This document shows, in pieces, positions 58,857-64,000 of a DNA stretch of 64,000 nucleotides. How positions within the stretch are numbered: position 1 is the first letter of the stretch; each line of letters opens with the position of its first letter. The notes beneath the pieces were generated by a model, which had not been told where the DNA came from, did no database searches, and saw only the letters and a program-made list of their open reading frames with translations. Location of the stretch: contig OZ244034.1 in assembly GCA_965215185.1 (NCBI GenBank), positions 1,664,001-1,728,000 on the forward strand, given 5' to 3'. Position numbers and translations under genes: made by a program. The DNA comes from Acidimicrobiia bacterium. Its GTDB lineage: Bacteria > Actinomycetota > Acidimicrobiia > Spongiisociales > ZC4RG35.

Positions 58857-59768
58857 ATGCTTCGTCGGGGGTTATTGGCTGGACTTGCGATGGCGGTGGC
58901 GTCTTGCATAGCGGTGGAGACACCCCCATCCACCACATCTGCCGCACCGACCAGCGCCGCTACCACCGCCGCTACCACCACCACTAGCGCCTCATCCACT
59001 TTCCCAACACCCAGTCTCACCACCTCCACCACCCGGCTCACCGAGACTGCACTCCCACCCATCCCTCCCTGTCTTACCCCCGAACCCGACTTCGGAAGTG
59101 AGGGCGAGATCAGCAATTACGATCCGACCGGCTCGGATTCCGCCCTTCTGGCCACTATCGACTGGCACTCCTGGGAAGAGTGCGAGCGTTTTTTGTTTTC
59201 TCTGGCCAGCACGGAGGGAGCGCCCACCTTGGTCCCACCCTCTGCGGTTCTGGTCTCCTTTTCCGAGGAAGGAGTGATGCGCCTTTCCCTAGGGCCGGAG
59301 GTCGGCACTTCAGCGATCTCCTTCCAACTGGTGAACACCCGACTGGTGGACCGCGTCTACGTGGTGAAAGCCTCCGGAGGAGGACTGCTGGTGGACCTTC
59401 ACTTGGCCGAACCGGCTTCCGCCAGGATGATCCCCAGTTCCGGTCCGGCCACCCTCACAGTGGACCTTCGGCCCGAGGGCCTGCCATTCTCCAATCAGCC
59501 GACGATCACCTCCAAAGCGGTGCTGTTCCTACCCGAGGGGGAGGAGTTCTACTACCCGTTCACGGTGAGTGGGTACCTGAGCCCCGGAACCGAAGAGTCA
59601 GTTGCCACCCTGAGCGGCGTGGGTGGAATCAGCACTGAAGCCGATTTCCCCTTGGCGGGCGCCGACGACCTTTGGTCGACTTTCGTGGCCGTTTTCCTGG
59701 AAGGCCCAACCGGATGGGCCACCCTCCGGGTTGAAGACGCCGAAGCCCGATTGTTCTTCGGGGCGTGA
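58857..59768 (+). CDS. Hypothetical lipoprotein with Thr/Ser-rich linker
   Basis: Lipobox VASC followed by a low-complexity Thr tract. Confidence 0.75.
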   Translation: MLRRGLLAGLAMAVASCIAVETPPSTTSAAPTSAATTAATTTTSASSTFPTPSLTTSTTRLTETALPPIPPCLTPEPDFGSEGEISNYDPTGSDSALLATIDWHSWEECERFLFSLASTEGAPTLVPPSAVLVSFSEEGVMRLSLGPEVGTSAISFQLVNTRLVDRVYVVKASGGGLLVDLHLAEPASARMIPSSGPATLTVDLRPEGLPFSNQPTITSKAVLFLPEGEEFYYPFTVSGYLSPGTEESVATLSGVGGISTEADFPLAGADDLWSTFVAVFLEGPTGWATLRVEDAEARLFFGA

Positions 59769-59831
59769 GCGCCGGCTCACAGCTTCAACAATACGAGGAA
59801 TTAACCTCGACGGGCCAATGTGGTCGCCAAG

Positions 59832-60362
59832 CTACAGCAACCCGGGAATGTCCGCCAGGGTGAGATACCCCTCTTCCAAGTTGACCGAGGGCACCAACTC
59901 ATCCACAAAGGGGACCTGCCGCGGCCCCGATTCCGTCTCTATCACCAGGCGCTGCTGGACCGCGGCGTATTCCACCTCCGTCACCCTGCCTACCACCTCG
60001 CCGGATGGGGTTCTGGCCTCCAGGCCTTCCAACTGATCCGGCCAAAACTCCTGGGAATCCAGGGTTCGACGCTGATGTTCCTCAATGAAGACCTCCAAGC
60101 CCCTTAGCTTTTGGGCTGAGACTCGATCAGAGATACCGGCGAATTTGACCAGCAGCCGGTCGGGGTGCGGGCGGATCTTTTGGACCGACATCTGCCTCCC
60201 AGCCACAATCAACCTGGAGCCAGGGACAAAGCGATGCGGATCGTCAGTGTCCGGCTGGACATAGACCGTTCCATCCAAACCGTGGGGAGGCCCTATCCGC
60301 CCCACCGGAACGTACTCAATCGAGGAATTCGATCTCAACGATCCAGTCATCGTCACAAACAA
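59832..60362 (-). CDS. rimM: Ribosome maturation factor RimM (start uncertain)
   Basis: VGRIGPPHGLDG, EFWPDQLEGL, VPFVDELVP. Confidence 0.93.
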   Translation of the reverse strand: MFVTMTGSLRSNSSIEYVPVGRIGPPHGLDGTVYVQPDTDDPHRFVPGSRLIVAGRQMSVQKIRPHPDRLLVKFAGISDRVSAQKLRGLEVFIEEHQRRTLDSQEFWPDQLEGLEARTPSGEVVGRVTEVEYAAVQQRLVIETESGPRQVPFVDELVPSVNLEEGYLTLADIPGLL

Positions 60363-60570
60363 TCTGGGCCAGGGTCCGGATAGCGTTGGCCGTCCTTCCC
60401 CGACGCCCGATCAGCCGACCCATGTCCTGCTTGGCGGCCCGCACTTCGGCCAGCACCTTTTTGGGTTGGTCTCTCACGATATTCACACTTACCTCGGATG
60501 GCTGCGCAACGATCTCCCCCACCAGATAACCGATCAGCCGCTCCACCCTTTCGGTGTCACGCATGCTCAC
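60316..60570 (-). CDS. khpA: KH-domain RNA-binding protein
   Basis: DMGRLIGRRGRTANAIRT; lies between rpsP and rimM. Confidence 0.92.
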   Translation of the reverse strand: MSMRDTERVERLIGYLVGEIVAQPSEVSVNIVRDQPKKVLAEVRAAKQDMGRLIGRRGRTANAIRTLAQIVCDDDWIVEIEFLD

Positions 60571-60576
60571 TGTACC

Positions 60577-60960
60577 TCAGGACGCTGAAGCGCCGACGGT
60601 GGGCTGTGCGGCGTTCTCATCGGAGGCCTGAGCCTCGTCGGAAACAGGATCGGCCGCCGCCTGGGCGGGTGCCTCATCGCTCACCCTGTGGGCTTTCTTC
60701 GCCACAACCCGGTAGCGGGACCAAGCGCCGGAGATCTCCATAAGCTTGCGTACCCGGTCGGAAGGTTGGGCGCCTTTTACCAGCCAGTCGACAGCGCGGT
60801 CGTTGGCGATCTCAATCAGGGAGGGTTCCGCCAGCGGATCGTAACGGCCGATCTGTTCGATGTATCGGCCGTCGCGAGGCTTGCGACTGTCGGTCACCAC
60901 CACCCGGTAACTGGGCTTCTTCTTTTTTCCCATCCTCATCAGACGGATGCGTACCGCCAT
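60577..60960 (-). CDS. rpsP: 30S ribosomal protein S16
   Basis: [26 protein letters not shown]. Confidence 0.98.
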   Translation of the reverse strand: MAVRIRLMRMGKKKKPSYRVVVTDSRKPRDGRYIEQIGRYDPLAEPSLIEIANDRAVDWLVKGAQPSDRVRKLMEISGAWSRYRVVAKKAHRVSDEAPAQAAADPVSDEAQASDENAAQPTVGASAS

Positions 60961-60966
60961 GTTGTT

Positions 60967-62325
60967 TCACCTCTTACGTCGTCTTCGTCGGGTGCTGGCC
61001 GGTTGGAGGAGCCCTTCCATCCCCATTCCGGGAGTCTTCGCCCCGCCGGACAGCATGTTCATCATTTTTTGGGTCTCGGCAAACTTCTTAAGCAACCGGT
61101 TCACCGCGGTAACGGTGGTGCCCGATCCGGCTGCGATTCGACGCCGACGGCTGCCGGTGAGAATCCTTGGGTTGCGGCGCTCCTCCGGGGTCATCGAGTT
61201 GATGATCCCAACAGTGCGGCGCATTTCGTCATCGCTCAATCCGGAGATACCTGATCGGGCCCCACCGGGCATCATAGCAAGAACCGCGTTCAAACCTCCC
61301 ATCCGTCGCAGATTGTGAAGTTGCTCCAAGAAGTCGTCAAGCCCCAGACTCTGGGAGACGGCGCCCTGCACGAACCTGTCCGCATCCCCGGGCGCGGTGA
61401 TGGCTTCGGCTTTCTCGATCAGAGTAAGCACATCCCCCATTCCCAGAATGCGAGAAGCCATCCGCTCGGGATGAAACACCGAGAGCGCCGTCAGTTCCTC
61501 CCCTTCACCAACCAACTTGACCTTTTGGCCGGTGGCCTCGCTTACCGAGATTGCCGCCCCTCCCCGAGCGTCGCCGTCCAGCTTGGAGAGGACGATCCCC
61601 GTCAACTCTACGCTTTCGGCAAATCCCCGGGCCACATTCACAGCATCCTGACCGGTCATGGCGTCCACCACCAACAGCCTCTCCTGGGGACGGGCGATCT
61701 CCGTCATACCGGCCAACTCACCCATCAAACGCTTGTCAATCTGCAGGCGACCGGCCGTATCGATCACCACTGCGTCGTGGCCCGACGCGCGGGCCTGGCG
61801 CATGGCGGCTCGCACCACTCGCCGTGGGTTGGAGGATGCCGGTTCGCGATAGACCTCGACACCCGCTCTTTCTCCCAGCGCCACCAACTGCTCCACAGCG
61901 GCGGGCCGCTGAAGGTCCGCCGCCACCAGGAGAGGACGCTTTCCGTGACTCTCCCGAAGGTGAAGGGCCAATTTGGCGGCAGTGGTGGTCTTCCCCGAAC
62001 CCTGCAATCCCATCAGCATGATGGTCAGCGGCGATCCCTTGACTATCAGGGGCGCTGGATCCTCTCCCAGGGTTTTCACCAATTCGGAATGGACGATCTT
62101 GATCACCTGCTGTCCGGGAGTGAGGCTCTTGGAAACCTCTGCGCCGCTGGCCCTTTCCTTGATCCGCGCACAAAGGCTGCTGACAACTTCCACATTGACA
62201 TCGGCTTCCAGCAAGGCCAGCCGCACCTGCCGCAGCGCCAACCGCAGATCCGACTGGGTCAACCGGCCTTTCCCCTTCAACCGGGTAAAAATCGAGGAAA
62301 ACTGGTCGGTCAGGGACTCAAAAAT
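60967..62325 (-). CDS. ffh: Signal recognition particle protein (ATT start)
   Basis: GLQGSGKTT, DTAGRL, KLDGDARGG; (M)FESLTD N-terminus from ATT behind AAGGAG. Confidence 0.97.
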   Translation of the reverse strand: MFESLTDQFSSIFTRLKGKGRLTQSDLRLALRQVRLALLEADVNVEVVSSLCARIKERASGAEVSKSLTPGQQVIKIVHSELVKTLGEDPAPLIVKGSPLTIMLMGLQGSGKTTTAAKLALHLRESHGKRPLLVAADLQRPAAVEQLVALGERAGVEVYREPASSNPRRVVRAAMRQARASGHDAVVIDTAGRLQIDKRLMGELAGMTEIARPQERLLVVDAMTGQDAVNVARGFAESVELTGIVLSKLDGDARGGAAISVSEATGQKVKLVGEGEELTALSVFHPERMASRILGMGDVLTLIEKAEAITAPGDADRFVQGAVSQSLGLDDFLEQLHNLRRMGGLNAVLAMMPGGARSGISGLSDDEMRRTVGIINSMTPEERRNPRILTGSRRRRIAAGSGTTVTAVNRLLKKFAETQKMMNMLSGGAKTPGMGMEGLLQPASTRRRRRKR

Positions 62326-62424
62326 CGCGGGACTCCTTTTCGATCATCGTTCCGTCATATTCTGGCATCCTTCGGCCCCCACCGACCAAGCCGGTAGCCT
62401 GGCGATTGTCCGACAGGGAGCAAT

Positions 62425-63216
62425 ATGGAACGGCGACTACCCACTATCAACATTCAGCGTACCGGAAACGTGCTGATGGCTGTCATAGATAATCCTCGTT
62501 CCCACCTCAACACCGTGGATGGCCAACTCCATGAGGATCTGACCGCCCTGTTCAGAATGCTGAAGCGGGAAGACCAGGCGAGGGTGGCGATCCTCACCGG
62601 AAGTGGAAGGTTCTTCTCGGCAGGAGGAGATTTCCGGTGGTTCCCTACCCTGCGGGATACCGAAAAACTCGATCATCTCCGCCGGGACGCCAAACAACTC
62701 ATTTGGGATTTGGTGGATATCGAGATACCCATAATCGCCGCCATAAACGGCCCCGCCGTGGGTTTGGGCGCCTCTGTTGCTCTTTTGTGCGATGTGATTT
62801 TTATGGCCGAAGAGGCGATCATCTCCGATCCGCATGTCCGAGTGGGCTTGGTCGCCGGAGACGGAGGGACCGCCATCTGGCCCCTCCTGGTGGGTCCGGC
62901 CCGCGCCAAGGAATACCTGATGACCGGCGATCCACTCTCTGCACAGGAGGCGGAGCGGATCGGCCTGGTGAACCGGGTCTTCCCCGCCGACCGCCTCCTT
63001 CCCGAAACCCTGGCCTTCGCGCAGCGCTTGGCCCGGGGCGCTCCCCTCGCCATTCGTTTCACCAAGATGGCGGTGAACAAGCTGATCAAAGATGCTCTGA
63101 ACGTGGCGTTCGATTCGGCTGCCGGACTCGAATTGGTCACCTTCCTCTCCGAAGACCACGCGGAAGCCCTGCAAGCGATCTCCGAAAAGCGCTCCCCCGA
63201 ATTTCGAGGCCGCTGA
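62425..63216 (+). CDS. Enoyl-CoA hydratase/isomerase family protein
   Basis: FSAGGD, AINGPAVGLG, DPHVRVGLVAGDGG. Confidence 0.94.
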   Translation: MERRLPTINIQRTGNVLMAVIDNPRSHLNTVDGQLHEDLTALFRMLKREDQARVAILTGSGRFFSAGGDFRWFPTLRDTEKLDHLRRDAKQLIWDLVDIEIPIIAAINGPAVGLGASVALLCDVIFMAEEAIISDPHVRVGLVAGDGGTAIWPLLVGPARAKEYLMTGDPLSAQEAERIGLVNRVFPADRLLPETLAFAQRLARGAPLAIRFTKMAVNKLIKDALNVAFDSAAGLELVTFLSEDHAEALQAISEKRSPEFRGR

Positions 63217-63291
63217 GTTGACCGACCCAGTGGGTCAACAACGGATCGAGTTGGCCTCGAAGATGCATTTATTGATTGAGTCCGATACGAG

Positions 63292-64000
63292 TCAGACAGT
63301 CTCCAGATAAGCTCGTCCGGCGGTGGCGGCGGTGTGCAAGGCGCCGCCCAGCATGGATTGGAGGGAGAGAATTCGGCGGTAGTAGAGGTGCAAGCCGTAT
63401 TCCCAGGTGAATCCGATTCCTCCGTGCACCTGGATGGCCGACTCACACACCTCTCGGGCGTACGCTGGAACCGCCCAGAGCAAACCAGACAGGAAAGTGG
63501 CGTCCGATGCGCCCTCATCCATTAGAAAGGCGAGGCGGGCCACGGCGGAGCGCATTAACTCCAGGCGGGCCTTCATCTCCGCCAGGCGATGGGTCACTGC
63601 CTGAAACCGGACCAGGGGGCGGCCGAACTGCTCCCGGACCCGGGCATGGGACACCGATAGCTCCATAATCCGCTCGGCGCCGCCCACCAGGTCGGCCAGA
63701 AGACCAGCCAGCCAACCGGCGGCCACTTCCCCCCCCTCCGTCCACCCCTCCAGGACCACTTCCGGCACAACATCTGTCACCCGCAGGACGTGAACACCCT
63801 GGCCCCTGTCCAGAGCGTCAGCCTCCTCCAAGCGCACCGCCGGGTCCTCCAGGGAGATAACCGCCGTCCACCGGGGATGGGCAAGCGCAGCCAGCCTCGC
63901 CCCCGGCGAGAGTCTCACCCCCACCCCGGAGGCCGACAGCTTTCCCGCTCGAAGCGACGCCGACCCCTCGATGGCGTACCCCGCCCCACCGGCCACCGCA
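63292..64000 (-). CDS. Acyl-CoA dehydrogenase family protein (partial, 5' end outside window)
   Basis: REQFGRPLVRFQAVTHRLA, IQVHGGIGFTWE. Confidence 0.92.
   Translation of the reverse strand, partial: AVAGGAGYAIEGSASLRAGKLSASGVGVRLSPGARLAALAHPRWTAVISLEDPAVRLEEADALDRGQGVHVLRVTDVVPEVVLEGWTEGGEVAAGWLAGLLADLVGGAERIMELSVSHARVREQFGRPLVRFQAVTHRLAEMKARLELMRSAVARLAFLMDEGASDATFLSGLLWAVPAYAREVCESAIQVHGGIGFTWEYGLHLYYRRILSLQSMLGGALHTAATAGRAYLETV

Noticed and set aside
58920-59050. ACC-rich tandem-like repeats
   Set aside because: They encode the Thr/Ser linker of a lipoprotein.
8854-64000. Many long antisense or overlapping ORFs in the six-frame track
   Set aside because: They are shadows of real genes, expected at high GC content, and lack protein motifs.

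Overview
GC-rich bacterial chromosome segment. The gene order and proteins suggest Actinomycetota, probably a basal class such as Acidimicrobiia (inference). Positions 1-8426 are a decayed accessory island abutting the 3' CCA end of tmRNA (8427-8780, minus strand). The island holds (i) a complete IS110 element inserted into a truncated helicase IV gene, with an exactly reconstructable empty site and a readable bridge-RNA-like guide set in its left end; (ii) three same-orientation 3' remnants of one IS4-like DDE transposase family, one ending flush with tmRNA; (iii) IS21-like ends around an MNT-HEPN fusion gene; (iv) several toxin/antitoxin-like small genes. The rest (8.8-64 kb) is mostly core genome: smpB, M23 peptidase, ftsXE, prfB (programmed frameshift), secA, hpf, comF, rnj, dapAB, M16 peptidase, a vWA/AAA+ pair, TetR/MFS, lhr, ftsK, rnhB, add, the gcvT/gcvH/FHA/MerR cluster, holB, tmk, topA, an osmoprotectant ABC transporter and ffh-rpsP-khpA-rimM. 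Oddities there include a 6S-like rod-shaped RNA candidate, a miniature GcvPA-like gene, degenerate catalytic motifs in the AAA+ and HPRT proteins, and an ATT start codon for ffh. All calls were made by eye; no database searches were run.
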